Assembly: GCA_022841375.1 (NCBI GenBank)
Contig: JALHRQ010000002.1
Location: forward strand, 261,867-325,866
Reading direction: 5' to 3'
DNA length: 64,000 nucleotides
Origin: Burkholderiales bacterium
GTDB taxonomy: Bacteria > Pseudomonadota > Gammaproteobacteria > Burkholderiales > SG8-41
This document shows, one piece after another, positions 1-10,970 of the stretch. The position numbers were made by a program, and so were the translations under genes. The notes under the pieces were generated by a model. It was given only the letters and a program-made list of their open reading frames with translations. It searched no databases and was not told the origin of the DNA. Within the stretch, counting starts at the first letter, position 1; every line of letters starts with the position of its first letter.

Positions 1-1020
1 AAATTTCGGTTCCGGCACCTTGACCGACAGCACCGCGGTCAGGCCCTCTTTCATGTCGTCGCCGCTGGTCTCGACCTTGGCTTTTTTCGCCTGGTCGGTC
101 GATTCAATGTAATTGTTCAGCGTGCGCGTCATTGCCGCACGCAGCCCCGTCAGATGGGTACCGCCGTCGCGCTGTGGAATGTTGTTGGTAAAGCACTGCA
201 TCGATTCCTGGTAGGAATCGTTCCACTGCATGGCAACTTCGACGGTGATGCCGTCCTTGGTGCCCTCGATGTGGAAAACGTTGGGGTGCAGAACCGACTT
301 GTTGCGGTTCATGTATTCGACAAAACCCTTGACCCCGCCGGCAAACGCAAACTTTTCTTCCTTGCCGGTGCGCTGATCAGTCATGGAGATTTTCACACCA
401 TGATTCAGGAACGACAGTTCGCGCAGGCGTTTGGCGAGGATTTCATAATGAAACTCGACCGTGCCGAAGATCTCCTTGCTGGCGAGGAAATGCACCTCGG
501 TGCCGCGACGTTCGCTTTTGCCGGTGTGTTTGAGTGGTGCTACGGCCTCGCCCATGCGGAATTCCATGGCGTGCATTTTCCCGTCGCGGCGGATGGTCAG
601 GCGCAGCCATTCCGACAACGCATTCACCACCGACACACCGACGCCGTGCAGTCCGCCGGAGATCTTGTAGGAGTTGCTGTCGAACTTACCGCCGGCGTGC
701 AGTTCGGTCATTACCACTTCGGCGGTCGAGCGTTTTTCCTCGTCTTCCGGATGAATGTCGGTCGGAATTCCGCGGCCGTTGTCGGCCACGCTGATCGAAT
801 TGTCCGGATGGATGATGATGGAGATTTCGTCGCAATGCCCGGCCAGCGCCTCGTCGATCGCGTTATCAACCACCTCGAAAACCATGTGATGCAGCCCGGT
901 GCCGTCGCTGGTGTCGCCGATGTACATCCCCGGACGTTTGCGCACGGCCTCAAGTCCCTTGAGGACCTTGATGCTGTTGCCGTCGTATTCGTTTCCGGTG
1001 CGTGGTTCTTTGTCGCTCAT
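1..1020 (-). CDS. gyrB: DNA gyrase subunit B (N-terminal part; runs off window)
   Basis: Reverse strand from ATG at 1020 reads [36 protein letters not shown]...[14 protein letters not shown] (GHKL ATPase motif); downstream of dnaN. Confidence 0.97.
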   Translation of the reverse strand, partial: MSDKEPRTGNEYDGNSIKVLKGLEAVRKRPGMYIGDTSDGTGLHHMVFEVVDNAIDEALAGHCDEISIIIHPDNSISVADNGRGIPTDIHPEDEEKRSTAEVVMTELHAGGKFDSNSYKISGGLHGVGVSVVNALSEWLRLTIRRDGKMHAMEFRMGEAVAPLKHTGKSERRGTEVHFLASKEIFGTVEFHYEILAKRLRELSFLNHGVKISMTDQRTGKEEKFAFAGGVKGFVEYMNRNKSVLHPNVFHIEGTKDGITVEVAMQWNDSYQESMQCFTNNIPQRDGGTHLTGLRAAMTRTLNNYIESTDQAKKAKVETSGDDMKEGLTAVLSVKVPEPKF

Positions 1021-1053
1021 TGTTTGTCTTTTCTCTGTTGCTTTGTTGTTTGC

Positions 1054-2163
1054 TTATATCCGCATCGGCATCACGACGTAACGGAAATCGTCACGGCCCG
1101 GGAGCGTAATCAGCATGCTGCTGTTGGCATCGCCAAAAGAGCAGGTCACTTTCCCCGGCGGCACATTGCTGAGCACATCGAGGAGGTACGTCACGTTGAA
1201 ACCCACGTCCAGGGGTTCACCACCAAACTCGACTTCGAGTTCTTCCTGGGCCTCTTCCTGCTCGTTGTTGCTGCACGAAATGCGCAGGCTGTCCTTGGTC
1301 AGCATCCAGCGCACACCGCGAAATTTTTCGTTCGAAAGAATGGCGGCACGCTGCAGCGCGCGCTGCAGTTCGTCGCGGTCGAGCGCGATGTGTTTTTCGT
1401 AGTTGCTGGGAATAACGCGCTGGTAGTCCGGGAATTTGCCGTCGATGACTTTGGTCGTCAGATCAACGTCGCCAAAACGGAAACGCACCTGGTTGGCGTG
1501 GATCGCGACGTCCAGCGGATCGTCGTTGTCGTTCAGTTGTCGCGCCAGTTCGAGAATGGCCTTGCGCGGCAGGATCACCTCGGTCTTGTCCTGTGCTGCG
1601 GACAACCCGGTTACCGCATAGCTGAGGCGGTGGCCGTCTGTCGCCACCACACGCAAGTCATTACCTTCGGTCACCAGCAGCAGACCGTTCAGGTAATAGC
1701 GTATATCTTGCTGCGCCATTGCGTATTGCACCAGCGCCAGCAGCTTGCGTGTCACCCCTTGCGAAATCTGGAAACTGCTCTGCGGCTTACCCGGATCGGC
1801 AAGCGCCGGAAAATCCGCGGCCGGAAGCGTTTGCAGGTTGAAGCGGCTTTTCCCGGCTTTGACCTGGAGGCGATTGTTAGCCAGTTCAAGCGCGACTTCG
1901 CTGCCATCCGGCAACGCACGAAGAATATCAACCAGTTTGCGCGCAGATACGGTGACGGCCAGCGTATCACCGGTTTTTTTGTCCATCGCGCAGGATGTCG
2001 CAATCTGCAATTCAAGATCGGTGGCGACAAAACGCAGGCTGTCTTCATGGCGTTCGATCAGTACGTTCGACAAGATCGGCAGCGTATGCCGTCGTTCGAC
2101 GATGCCGGTTACAGCTTGCAGTGGTTTGAGTAGGGCATCACGCGGAAGTTGGACGAGTTTCAT
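1054..2163 (-). CDS. dnaN: DNA polymerase III beta sliding clamp
   Basis: VERRHTLPILSNV, ATDLE, VATDGHRL, FPDY, C-terminal YVVMPMRI. Confidence 0.98.
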   Translation of the reverse strand: MKLVQLPRDALLKPLQAVTGIVERRHTLPILSNVLIERHEDSLRFVATDLELQIATSCAMDKKTGDTLAVTVSARKLVDILRALPDGSEVALELANNRLQVKAGKSRFNLQTLPAADFPALADPGKPQSSFQISQGVTRKLLALVQYAMAQQDIRYYLNGLLLVTEGNDLRVVATDGHRLSYAVTGLSAAQDKTEVILPRKAILELARQLNDNDDPLDVAIHANQVRFRFGDVDLTTKVIDGKFPDYQRVIPSNYEKHIALDRDELQRALQRAAILSNEKFRGVRWMLTKDSLRISCSNNEQEEAQEELEVEFGGEPLDVGFNVTYLLDVLSNVPPGKVTCSFGDANSSMLITLPGRDDFRYVVMPMRI

Positions 2164-2366
2164 ATTAATGGTTTCTTTTAAAAAGAATAGTAATAGCTAA
2201 TAGAGAGGCTCGTTTGCTGTTGAAACCTTGCCTGAACGCTTGATTGCAAAGCATGAATCGTCATCCTGAAGCCCTGTTTAATTTGGGGATTGCCTGTGGA
2301 CAAAAAAGGATGAAATAACAGCCTTGTTGCCATTTCAGTGTTTATGCACAAAGTATGCACCGGCTA
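2164..2366. other. Probable replication origin oriC (dnaA-dnaN intergenic region)
   Basis: AT-rich; DnaA-trio-like AATAGTAATAGCTAATAG (about 2186-2203); near-consensus DnaA boxes TGTGGACAA (2295-2303) and TTATGCACA (2342-2350). Confidence 0.6.
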
Positions 2367-3698
2367 TCAACTGCGTAATACCTTCAATAAAGAAGCGATG
2401 TCGGTGGTGATATCCGTACTGCTGCCCCGCAACTCGGCGATCTTGCGGCAGGCGTGCAGCACCGTCGTATGGTCCCGTCCGCCGAAGGCCTCACCGATGT
2501 CCGGCAAGCTCATTTGTGTCAGTTCCTTGGCCAGCGCCATGGCGACCTGGCGGGGGCGGGCGACGTTGCGTGTCCGTTTTTTTGAATACATTTCAGATAC
2601 TTTGATCTTGTAGTAGTCCGCCACCGTTTTCTGGATGTTCTCGATACTGACCTGTCGACTTTGCGAAGCCAGCACATCGCGCAGAGCTTCCCGCGCCAGA
2701 TCGACTGTGATCGGCTGACCGGTGAAGCGCGAGTAGGCCAGCACCCGTTTCAGGGCACCTTCCAGTTCGCGGATGTTGGACTGGATGTGTTTGGCGATGA
2801 AGAAGGCCACGTTTTCATCAAGGGCCAGTCCGTCGGCATCTGCTTTTTTCAGCAGAATGGCGACGCGCATTTCCAGTTCAGGGGGCTCGACCGCCACGGT
2901 GAGGCCCCAGCCAAAACGCGAAATCAGCCGGTTTTCGATGCCGGAAATTTCCTTGGGATAGGTGTCGCAAGTGATGATCACCTGCTTGTGGGCTTCGACC
3001 AGCGCGTTGAATGCGTAGAAAAATTCTTCCTGAGTGCGGTTCTTGCCGCTGAAAAACTGGATGTCGTCGATCAACAGCAAATCCAGCGAGTGGTAGTAGC
3101 GTTTGAAATCGTCAAACGCCTTGTGCTGGTAAGCCCGCACCACGTCGGAAACATATTGTTCCGCGTGGATATAGCGGATTTTGCTTTCCGGTGCATGGGC
3201 GCGCAGATGATTACCAATGGCATGAATCATATGCGTCTTGCCCAGCCCGACGCCGCCATATACAAACAGCGGGTTGTAGGCGGAACCGGGTTTTTCTGCA
3301 ACCTGGCGTGCGGCCGCGCGCGCCAGGTCATTGGCCTTGCCGGTGACAAAGGTATCGAAGGTAAAAGCGGGATTCAGGCGGGAAATATCGCGCACCGGGG
3401 GCGCAGGCTTTGCAGCTGGCGCCTCGGGTGCGGCCGCGGGGATCATCGGTGCTGCGGCACCCCGTTCTGCCAGGACCAGATCCACCGTCGCTTCACTGCC
3501 CAGGCTTTCGCGGGCCAGTTCGAGGATCCGCGCATGAAACCGGTCGCGCACCCAGCGCTGTACAAAACCGTTGGGCGCAGTAATCGTCACCCGCGAGCCG
3601 GCAACACCGCATTGGAGCGGCTGTATCCAGGTGACAAATTGCTGTTGCCCGATCTCTTTCGCAAATAGCGAGAGACAGTGTTGCCAGAATTCGTTCAT
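2367..3698 (-). CDS. dnaA: Chromosomal replication initiator DnaA
   Basis: [15 protein letters not shown] Walker A, LLIDDIQF Walker [13 protein letters not shown] domain IV. Confidence 0.99.
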   Translation of the reverse strand: MNEFWQHCLSLFAKEIGQQQFVTWIQPLQCGVAGSRVTITAPNGFVQRWVRDRFHARILELARESLGSEATVDLVLAERGAAAPMIPAAAPEAPAAKPAPPVRDISRLNPAFTFDTFVTGKANDLARAAARQVAEKPGSAYNPLFVYGGVGLGKTHMIHAIGNHLRAHAPESKIRYIHAEQYVSDVVRAYQHKAFDDFKRYYHSLDLLLIDDIQFFSGKNRTQEEFFYAFNALVEAHKQVIITCDTYPKEISGIENRLISRFGWGLTVAVEPPELEMRVAILLKKADADGLALDENVAFFIAKHIQSNIRELEGALKRVLAYSRFTGQPITVDLAREALRDVLASQSRQVSIENIQKTVADYYKIKVSEMYSKKRTRNVARPRQVAMALAKELTQMSLPDIGEAFGGRDHTTVLHACRKIAELRGSSTDITTDIASLLKVLRS

Positions 3699-3837
3699 TC
3701 GTCCCTATCGGGCGGAGCGGAGTTAGCGGTGGTGGCGCAGGAAATCGACCGCTGATTTTACCCCGTATTGATGACACCATCCAAACGTACGGCGTTACCC
3801 GGATGGATGGCCTTCCGGAGGCTCATTTACGAGTACG

Positions 3838-3867
3838 TTGACATGGTGGGGGAGGCCCGTGTCTAAT
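3838..3867 (+). promoter_or_regulatory. Possible sigma70 promoter of rpmH
   Basis: TTGACA (3838-3843), 18-bp spacer, TCTAAT (3862-3867). Confidence 0.4.
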
Positions 3868-3902
3868 GTCGGGTTTTCCAGAACACCAAATCAGGAACGA
3901 CC

Positions 3903-4037
3903 ATGAAGCGCACCTATCAACCGTCCAAAACGCGTCGCCAGCGGACCCATGGTTTCCGCGTGCGGATGAAAACGCGCGGGGGCCGCGCTGTCATCCGTGC
4001 GCGCCGCGCAAAAGGCCGGGCTCGCCTCAGCGTTTGA
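3903..4037 (+). CDS. rpmH: 50S ribosomal protein L34
   Basis: [44 protein letters not shown]; 44 aa, below the ORF-track cutoff. Confidence 0.98.
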   Translation: MKRTYQPSKTRRQRTHGFRVRMKTRGGRAVIRARRAKGRARLSV

Positions 4038-4396
4038 CGCATCCGGGGGATGGCGGCAACGCACCCCTGGCGCGACCGGGTCGTTTGACGAAACCGGCGC
4101 AGTTCGAGGCTGTACTTGCCGGCGGCCGCATGAAGGGTAGTCGCAGTTTTCTAATCAGAGTCCTGCCCAATGCTGAAAATGGCCCGCGTCTCGGGCTGAT
4201 CGTCGGCAAAAAAGTTGCCCCACGGTCCGTGGATCGCAACCGCGTCAAACGTCTGGTTCGAATCACGCACCGCCAATTGGCGTCAGAGCTAGGCAATCTC
4301 GACGTCGTTGTGCAGCTCAGGGGCAGTCCCCGCAATCGCGACAATGCAGCATTGTTCAAGGAGTTGCAGGAGTTGTTGCGCGGACTTGTGTCATAG
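4034..4396 (+). CDS. rnpA: Ribonuclease P protein component
   Basis: [10 protein letters not shown]...[13 protein letters not shown] (RNR motif); TTG start overlapping the rpmH stop is assumed. Confidence 0.93.
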   Translation: MTHPGDGGNAPLARPGRLTKPAQFEAVLAGGRMKGSRSFLIRVLPNAENGPRLGLIVGKKVAPRSVDRNRVKRLVRITHRQLASELGNLDVVVQLRGSPRNRDNAALFKELQELLRGLVS

Positions 4397-4436
4397 ACCG
4401 GTTCAATAGGCGCAGCCACACTCGGCAAAGAGGCAT

Positions 4437-6107
4437 ATGGACACACAACGGCTGATACTCTTTTTTGTATTCACGATGTCGGTGTTCCTGCTGTATGAAG
4501 GTTGGCAGCGGGACCAGCAGACGGCGCAGACTGCGGCTATAGCGCCGGCACCCAGCGCAGTACCGAGCAAAAGCGCCGCCACTCCGTCAGCGGTCCCGGC
4601 GCCTTCGCTGCCCGCGGCCCCGGCTGCACAGACCCCCGCGCCGGCTGCACCTGCGGCGAACGCAATGGTCACCGGCGGCAAAATCATCAAGGTTGAGACC
4701 GATCTGTATTTCGCCGAGATCAACGCAACTGGCGGCGACTTGGTCAGCCTGCGCATGAAAAGGCATGGCGGCACGCTCGATCCGAAGAAGAATTTTGTGC
4801 TGTTCACGCGTGCACCCGACCATGTCTATGTCGCCCAGTCGGGCTTGATCGGCAACGGGTTGCCCAACCATCAGACGCAGTATTCAGCCCAGGCCGACGA
4901 CTACAAACTGGCCGAGGGTGCGGGCGCGCTGGAAGTGCGGCTTGAAGCGACCGGTGGCGTTAAATCGGCCAACTTCTGCGGGTGTCTGCGTGACAGCTAC
5001 GTTATCGACGTTGCACACGAAGTGACTAATTCCGGCGCTGCGCCGCTGGAAGTATTTGGTTATTTCCAGATCGTGCGGGATACCAAACCGCCCGAGGGTG
5101 ACTCCTCGATGGTGCCCACCTACACCGGCCCGGCGATTTACACCGACAAGGAAAAATTCCAGAAGGTTGCGTTCGGCGACATCGATAAAGGCAAGACGCC
5201 GTATCCGAAGAACAGCAATGACGGTTGGGTCGGCATGCTGCAGCACTATTTTCTCAGCGCGTGGCTGCCCAAGGGCGACACGCCGCGTGAATTCTATACG
5301 CGCCAACTGCAGCAGGGGCTTTATGCCGCAGGCGTGATTTTGCCGGTCGGCACCGTTGCGCCGGGAGCCAGTGCTGCGGTTACCGTGCCGCTTTATGCCG
5401 GACCGCAAGAACAGCAGAAACTCGCAGCGCTGGCGCCCGGGCTGGATCTCGCGGTGGATTACGGCTGGCTGACGGTCATCGCCGTGCCGTTGTTCTGGGT
5501 GTTGCAATGGATACACGGACTGGTCGGCAACTGGGGTGTTGCGATCATACTGCTCACGATTTTGATCAAGCTGCTGTTCTACCCCTTGTCCGAAGCGAGC
5601 TATCGCTCGATGGCGAAGATGCGTGTTGTAGCACCGAAAATGCAGCGTCTGAAGGAGCAGTTCGGCGAAGACCGTCAGCGCATGCAGCAGGCAATGATGG
5701 AGCTCTACAAGACCGAAAAAATCAATCCGCTCGGCGGCTGTTTGCCGATCGTGGTGCAGATCCCCGTGTTCATCGCGTTGTACTGGGTGCTGCTCGGCAG
5801 CGTTGAAATGCGCCAGGCACCGTTCGCGCTGTGGGTGACCGATCTGTCGACGCCGGACCCCTGGTACATCCTGCCCGTCCTGATGGGCGCGACGATGATC
5901 ATCCAGACGCGGCTGAATCCGGAACCGCCGGATCCCATCCAGGCCAAAGTGATGAAGATCATGCCGGTGGCCTTCAGCGTTTTCTTTTTCTTCTTCCCTG
6001 CCGGACTGGTGTTGTACTGGCTGGTGAACAACGTGCTGTCGATCGCGCAGCAGTGGCATATCAATCGCGCGATCGAGGGCGTCAAAGCCGCGCCGCGCAA
6101 GTCCTAA
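4437..6107 (+). CDS. yidC: Membrane protein insertase YidC
   Basis: N-terminal TM helix, VDYGWL, GNWGVAII, NPLGGCLP, LYWLVNN. Confidence 0.98.
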   Translation: MDTQRLILFFVFTMSVFLLYEGWQRDQQTAQTAAIAPAPSAVPSKSAATPSAVPAPSLPAAPAAQTPAPAAPAANAMVTGGKIIKVETDLYFAEINATGGDLVSLRMKRHGGTLDPKKNFVLFTRAPDHVYVAQSGLIGNGLPNHQTQYSAQADDYKLAEGAGALEVRLEATGGVKSANFCGCLRDSYVIDVAHEVTNSGAAPLEVFGYFQIVRDTKPPEGDSSMVPTYTGPAIYTDKEKFQKVAFGDIDKGKTPYPKNSNDGWVGMLQHYFLSAWLPKGDTPREFYTRQLQQGLYAAGVILPVGTVAPGASAAVTVPLYAGPQEQQKLAALAPGLDLAVDYGWLTVIAVPLFWVLQWIHGLVGNWGVAIILLTILIKLLFYPLSEASYRSMAKMRVVAPKMQRLKEQFGEDRQRMQQAMMELYKTEKINPLGGCLPIVVQIPVFIALYWVLLGSVEMRQAPFALWVTDLSTPDPWYILPVLMGATMIIQTRLNPEPPDPIQAKVMKIMPVAFSVFFFFFPAGLVLYWLVNNVLSIAQQWHINRAIEGVKAAPRKS

Positions 6108-6132
6108 ACACGCGGCGTTATACTCGCCGCGC

Positions 6133-7473
6133 ATGATCCCGCGCGACACCATTGCTGCAATTGCCACCGCGCCCGGGCGCGGTGGCATTGGTGTTGTTCG
6201 CATATCCGGGCGGGATCTGGTCGCCTTTGCATCAGCGCTGATTCCTCGCCCCCTTGAATCGCGTCGCGCGATGCTCACTGCATTTTGTGATGCAGCCGGC
6301 CAGCCTCTCGATGAAGGCATCGCTCTGTTTTTTCCGGCGCCGCATTCGTACACCGGTGAAGACGTCATCGAACTGCAGGGTCACGGCGGTCCCGTCGTCA
6401 TGCACCAGTTGCTGCAGCGTTGCGTTGAACTCGGCGCGCGACTGGCACGGCCCGGCGAATTCACCGAACGCGCCTACCTTAACGGCCGCATGGACCTGGC
6501 ACAGGCCGAAGGCGTGGCGGATCTGATTGAAGCGTCGACGGCGCTTGCCGCGCGCGCTGCGCTGCGTTCGCTGCAGGGAAATTTTTCTGATTTAATACAA
6601 CAACTTGCATCAAAAATCGTGGCTTTGCGCACCTTTCTTGAGGCAACGCTTGATTTTCCTGAAGAGGAAGTCGAGTTTTTGACCGCTGGTCGTGCTGCCG
6701 AGCAGCTCGCCACGATACGTCAACAACTGGAGGGCGTGATGGCGTCGACCCGGCAGGGCAGCCTGTTGCGTGAAGGCATCCACGCAGTGTTGATCGGCGA
6801 ACCCAATGTCGGCAAATCCAGCCTGCTGAACAGGCTGGCTGGTGAGGACGTCGCCATCGTGACGGATGTGCCTGGCACCACGCGGGATGCCGTGCGCGAA
6901 CAGATCGACATCGACGGCTTGCCGGTGCACATCATCGATACCGCCGGATTGCGCGAAACCGAGGATGCCGTCGAGCGTATCGGCATCAGTCGCACCTGGG
7001 CACAGATCGAAAAGGCCGATCTGGCTTTGGTGGTGTCGGATGCCGCCGGCGCAGACGATGCGGGCAGTCGGGCGATCGTCGAGCGCTTGCCGGCCGCGTT
7101 GGCGCGGATCCGGGTAGTCAACAAGATCGATCTGGCAATCCGGCCCAGCGGGCGTGAATCCCGCGGCGCCGAAGACTGGGTCTGGGTCTCCGCCAAAACC
7201 GGCGCCGGACTCGAGCAGTTGAAGCAGGCAATCTGGGATCGCGCCGGATGGCACCCTGCAGGGGAAGGGCTGTTTACCGCCCGGGCGCGCCACATGGCCG
7301 CCTTGCAGGCCGCTCACGGTCATCTGGCTAATGCTATGGCGCAGACCCGTCACCTCGAACTCTATGCCGAGGAGCTTCGGCTGGCGCATGAGGCCTTGTG
7401 CACCATTACGGGTGAATTCACTCCTGACGATTTGCTGGGCGAGATTTTCTCCAAGTTCTGCATCGGCAAGTAG
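6133..7473 (+). CDS. mnmE: tRNA modification GTPase MnmE
   Basis: [30 protein letters not shown]-terminal FCIGK. Confidence 0.98.
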   Translation: MIPRDTIAAIATAPGRGGIGVVRISGRDLVAFASALIPRPLESRRAMLTAFCDAAGQPLDEGIALFFPAPHSYTGEDVIELQGHGGPVVMHQLLQRCVELGARLARPGEFTERAYLNGRMDLAQAEGVADLIEASTALAARAALRSLQGNFSDLIQQLASKIVALRTFLEATLDFPEEEVEFLTAGRAAEQLATIRQQLEGVMASTRQGSLLREGIHAVLIGEPNVGKSSLLNRLAGEDVAIVTDVPGTTRDAVREQIDIDGLPVHIIDTAGLRETEDAVERIGISRTWAQIEKADLALVVSDAAGADDAGSRAIVERLPAALARIRVVNKIDLAIRPSGRESRGAEDWVWVSAKTGAGLEQLKQAIWDRAGWHPAGEGLFTARARHMAALQAAHGHLANAMAQTRHLELYAEELRLAHEALCTITGEFTPDDLLGEIFSKFCIGK

Positions 7474-7486
7474 CCCCGGCGAGGGG

Positions 7487-7502
7487 TGTTCCACGTGGAA
7501 CC
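7487..7502. promoter_or_regulatory. parS centromere-like site 1
   Basis: TGTTCCACGTGGAACC, matching the 16-bp parS palindrome; about 2.7 kb from parAB. Confidence 0.9.
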
Positions 7503-7533
7503 TCGCGTTTCGCAGGAATCGGATCTAACCCTA

Positions 7534-7549
7534 TGTTTCACGTGGAACA
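7534..7549. promoter_or_regulatory. parS centromere-like site 2
   Basis: TGTTTCACGTGGAACA, matching the 16-bp parS consensus. Confidence 0.92.
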
Positions 7550-7652
7550 TCGGCATTTGCCGAGGTTTCCCGCTTTCGCAGCACCGTCAAACTGGGCTAT
7601 CATTCGCGCCCGGCCCCGGGGCAGGCGGCAGCCCCAGATCGCAGCGCACTCA

Positions 7653-9548
7653 ATGACGCAGTATCCTGAAAAATTTGACGTAATCGTGATCGGCGGCGGC
7701 CATGCCGGAACCGAGGCCGCGCTGGCCAGTGCGCGCATGGGTCGCCGTACGCTGTTGCTGACGCATAGCGTCGAAACGCTGGGTCAGATGTCGTGTAATC
7801 CGTCGATCGGCGGCATTGGCAAGGGCCACCTGGTCAAGGAAGTCGATGCCATGGGCGGGGCGATGGCCGCAGCCACCGACGAAGCCGGCATCCAGTTCCG
7901 CATCCTTAACTCACGCAAGGGCCCTGCAGTGCGCGCCACGCGCGCCCAGGCGGACCGCGTGCTCTATCGCCAGGCCATCCGCAGCCGCATCGAGAATCAG
8001 CCCAACCTGAGCGTATTCCAGCAGGCCGTGGATGATTTGGTGGTGCAGGGCGACCGTGTCACCGGCGTAATCACCCAGATTGGCCTGCGCTTTGAAGCCC
8101 GCGCCGTGGTGCTCACGGCGGGAACCTTCCTTTCCGGGCTGATCCACGTCGGTCTGCAGAATTATCAGGGCGGTCGCGCTGGCGATCCGCCGTCGCTCAG
8201 TCTTGCCGCGCGCCTGCGCGAATTGAAATTGTCGGTCGGACGGCTGAAGACTGGCACGCCGCCACGTATCGACGGCCGTACCATCGATTTTTCACAACTG
8301 ACCGAGCAGCCCGGTGACGATCCGGCGCCGGTGTTTTCCTTCCTTGGCCGCCGCGAGCAGCATCCGCGGCAGATGCCGTGCTGGATCACCCATACCAACG
8401 AACGCACGCATGACGCAATCCGCGGCGGGCTCGACCGCTCGCCGATGTTCACCGGCGTTATCGAAGGCGTGGGGCCGCGCTACTGTCCGTCGATCGAAGA
8501 CAAGATCCATCGTTTCGCCGACAAGTCTTCGCACCAGATCTTCCTCGAGCCCGAAGGCCTTACGGTTCACGAGTATTACCCCAACGGTATTTCCACCAGC
8601 CTGCCCTTCGATGTGCAACTGGCCGTGGTGCGTTCGATCCAGGGCATGGAGCACGCGCATATCACGCGCCCCGGCTATGCGATCGAATACGATTACTTCG
8701 ACCCGCGCGGGCTGAAGGCCTCGCTGGAAACCAAGGCCATCGCCGGATTGTTTTTCGCCGGACAGATCAACGGCACGACGGGTTATGAAGAAGCCGCCGC
8801 GCAAGGTCTGCTGGCCGGTATCAATGCCGGTCTGCTGGCGTCGGACCAGCCGTCCTGGCACCCGACCCGCGACCAGGCCTATTTGGGTGTGCTGGTCGAT
8901 GACCTGATCACCCGTGGCGTGTCCGAGCCCTACCGCATGTTCACCAGCCGCGCCGAGTATCGGCTGTCCTTGCGCGAAGACAATGCCGATTTGCGCCTGA
9001 CCGAAATCGGCCGGCGCCTGGGCGTAGTCGATGATGCGCGTTGGGAAACCTTTGCCCGCAAGCGTGAAGAAATTGCATTGGAGCAGGAACGGCTGAAGTC
9101 GATCTGGGTTAATCCGCAGAATCTGCCAACACAGCAAGCTATTGATTTAATTGGAAAAACATTGGAGCGTGAGTATTCACTCGCAGATCTGCTACGCCGC
9201 CCCGAACTTACCTACGCCAGCCTGATGGCACTGCCCGGCGCAGGTCCCGGCGCGACTGATACGCAGGTCGCCGAGCAGGTGGAAATCCAGGCCAAGTATC
9301 AGGGCTATATCGAACGTCAGCAGACCGAGATCGAGCATCGCGCGTTGCAGGAAGACCTGCGTTTACCGGCTGATCTCGATTACTCGCTGGTGCGCGGACT
9401 GTCGATTGAAGTACAGCAGAAACTCAATCGCGCCAAACCGGAAACCGTTGGCCAGGCGTCGCGCGTGTCCGGTGTCACCCCGGCGGCGATCTCGGTTTTG
9501 CTGGTGCATCTGAAACGCGTGGCCGCGGCCTTGAAGAAAAGCGCATGA
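7653..9548 (+). CDS. mnmG: tRNA uridine-5-carboxymethylaminomethyl modification enzyme MnmG (GidA)
   Basis: [51 protein letters not shown]; start moved to ATG 7653. Confidence 0.98.
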   Translation: MTQYPEKFDVIVIGGGHAGTEAALASARMGRRTLLLTHSVETLGQMSCNPSIGGIGKGHLVKEVDAMGGAMAAATDEAGIQFRILNSRKGPAVRATRAQADRVLYRQAIRSRIENQPNLSVFQQAVDDLVVQGDRVTGVITQIGLRFEARAVVLTAGTFLSGLIHVGLQNYQGGRAGDPPSLSLAARLRELKLSVGRLKTGTPPRIDGRTIDFSQLTEQPGDDPAPVFSFLGRREQHPRQMPCWITHTNERTHDAIRGGLDRSPMFTGVIEGVGPRYCPSIEDKIHRFADKSSHQIFLEPEGLTVHEYYPNGISTSLPFDVQLAVVRSIQGMEHAHITRPGYAIEYDYFDPRGLKASLETKAIAGLFFAGQINGTTGYEEAAAQGLLAGINAGLLASDQPSWHPTRDQAYLGVLVDDLITRGVSEPYRMFTSRAEYRLSLREDNADLRLTEIGRRLGVVDDARWETFARKREEIALEQERLKSIWVNPQNLPTQQAIDLIGKTLEREYSLADLLRRPELTYASLMALPGAGPGATDTQVAEQVEIQAKYQGYIERQQTEIEHRALQEDLRLPADLDYSLVRGLSIEVQQKLNRAKPETVGQASRVSGVTPAAISVLLVHLKRVAAALKKSA

Positions 9549-10177
9549 GCCTCGCTGCCGATCTGGCTGCAGGCATTACCACGCTGGGCATCAACGTACC
9601 GGCGGATGCACAACGTCGCCTGTTGGATTACCTCGCACTGGTAACCAAATGGAACAAAGCCTACAACCTGACGGCGGTGCGCGAACCGGGAAAAATGCTC
9701 ACCCACCATCTGCTCGATTCGTTGGCCGTGTTGCCGCATGTGCGCGGTCCGCGCGTGCTGGATGTCGGCACTGGCGCGGGACTGCCCGGGATTCCGCTGG
9801 CACTGGCGCGGCCCGACTGGCAGATCACCCTGCTCGATTCCAGTCAGAAGAAAACCACTTTCCTGCGCCAGGCCATGATCGAACTCAAATTGACCAATAT
9901 TGATGTGGCCTGTGCGCGTGTCGAAGCCTGGCCTGCGCCGCTACCGTTCGATACGGTGGTGTCGCGCGCTTTTTCAGAAGTTTCGGAATTTCTCGCGCTG
10001 GCCGGAAAGCTCTGCGCAAAGGACGGCGTGATGATTGCGATGAAAGGGGTGTATCCCCACGATGAACTGGCGCAGGTGCCGGGCGGATTCCGCCTGTGCA
10101 GCGTGGTATCGCTGAAGGTTCCCGGGCTTGATGCCGAGCGTCATGCCGCCCTGCTCCAACCCGCGATGGCCGCCTGA
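9545..10177 (+). CDS. rsmG: 16S rRNA m7G527 methyltransferase RsmG (GidB)
   Basis: [32 protein letters not shown]. Confidence 0.97.
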   Translation: MSLAADLAAGITTLGINVPADAQRRLLDYLALVTKWNKAYNLTAVREPGKMLTHHLLDSLAVLPHVRGPRVLDVGTGAGLPGIPLALARPDWQITLLDSSQKKTTFLRQAMIELKLTNIDVACARVEAWPAPLPFDTVVSRAFSEVSEFLALAGKLCAKDGVMIAMKGVYPHDELAQVPGGFRLCSVVSLKVPGLDAERHAALLQPAMAA

Positions 10178-10947
10178 TGCGCATCATCGCCATCACCAAC
10201 CAAAAGGGCGGCGTCGGCAAGACGACCACCGGCGTCAATCTCGCGGCGAGCCTGGCGGCGATGCAGCGTCGTGTGCTGCTGGTCGATCTGGATCCGCAAG
10301 GTAATGCGACGATGGGCAGCGGCGTTGACAAGCGCAGCCTGGCTGCGACCGTGTATCACGTGCTGCTGGGAGAAAAGCAGATTGCCGAAGTCCGGCAGCG
10401 CGCCGCGCATGGCGGATACGACGTGCTGCCGTCGAATCGCGATCTCGCAGGCGCTGAAGTTGAACTGGTTGATATCGAACATCGTGAAACACGGCTCAAG
10501 ACCGCGTTGCAGGCGGTTGCTGCCGAATACGATTTCATTCTGATCGATTGTCCGCCGGCGTTGAATCTGTTGACGGTCAACGGACTGACTGCTGCGCAGG
10601 CGGTGATGATTCCGATGCAATGCGAGTACTACGCGCTCGAAGGTTTGTCGGATCTGGTCGGCACCATCAAGCGGGTGCGCGCGCACCTCAATCCCGAACT
10701 GGAAATCGAAGGTTTGCTGCGCACCATGTATGACCCGCGCAACACGCTGGCGCAACAGGTATCGGCGCAGCTGCTGCAGCACTTTGGCGACAAGGTGTAT
10801 CGCACGGTGATTCCGCGCAACGTGCGTCTGGCCGAAGCACCGAGCCATGGCCTGCCGGCGCTGGAGTTTGATCGCACCTCGAAAGGCGCGCAGGCCTATC
10901 TGGCGCTGGCCGGTGAAATGCTCAATCGCACCGAAGCAACCGTATAA
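10177..10947 (+). CDS. parA: Chromosome partitioning ATPase ParA/Soj
   Basis: NQKGGVGKTT deviant Walker A, DLDPQGNAT, IPRNVRLAEAPSHG. Confidence 0.97.
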   Translation: MRIIAITNQKGGVGKTTTGVNLAASLAAMQRRVLLVDLDPQGNATMGSGVDKRSLAATVYHVLLGEKQIAEVRQRAAHGGYDVLPSNRDLAGAEVELVDIEHRETRLKTALQAVAAEYDFILIDCPPALNLLTVNGLTAAQAVMIPMQCEYYALEGLSDLVGTIKRVRAHLNPELEIEGLLRTMYDPRNTLAQQVSAQLLQHFGDKVYRTVIPRNVRLAEAPSHGLPALEFDRTSKGAQAYLALAGEMLNRTEATV

Positions 10948-10970
10948 GTATTTGTTTATAAAGGTTTTTT

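Noticed and set aside
154-2133. 659-aa + strand ORF
   Set aside because: Antisense shadow of gyrB/dnaN caused by GC-rich codon bias; no recognisable motifs
3866-4033. Long N-terminal extension of rnpA
   Set aside because: Alternative frame across rpmH
4530-4665. Ala/Pro-rich quasi-repeats in yidC
   Set aside because: Ordinary low-complexity linker
4960-5000. Odd Cys-rich KSANFCGCLRDSY segment in the YidC periplasmic domain
   Set aside because: Frame is intact and the region is variable; divergence cannot be told from a local sequence error without reads or an alignment
7533-7652. N-terminal extension MFHVEH... on mnmG
   Set aside because: The ATG is part of the parS palindrome context; family similarity begins at 7653
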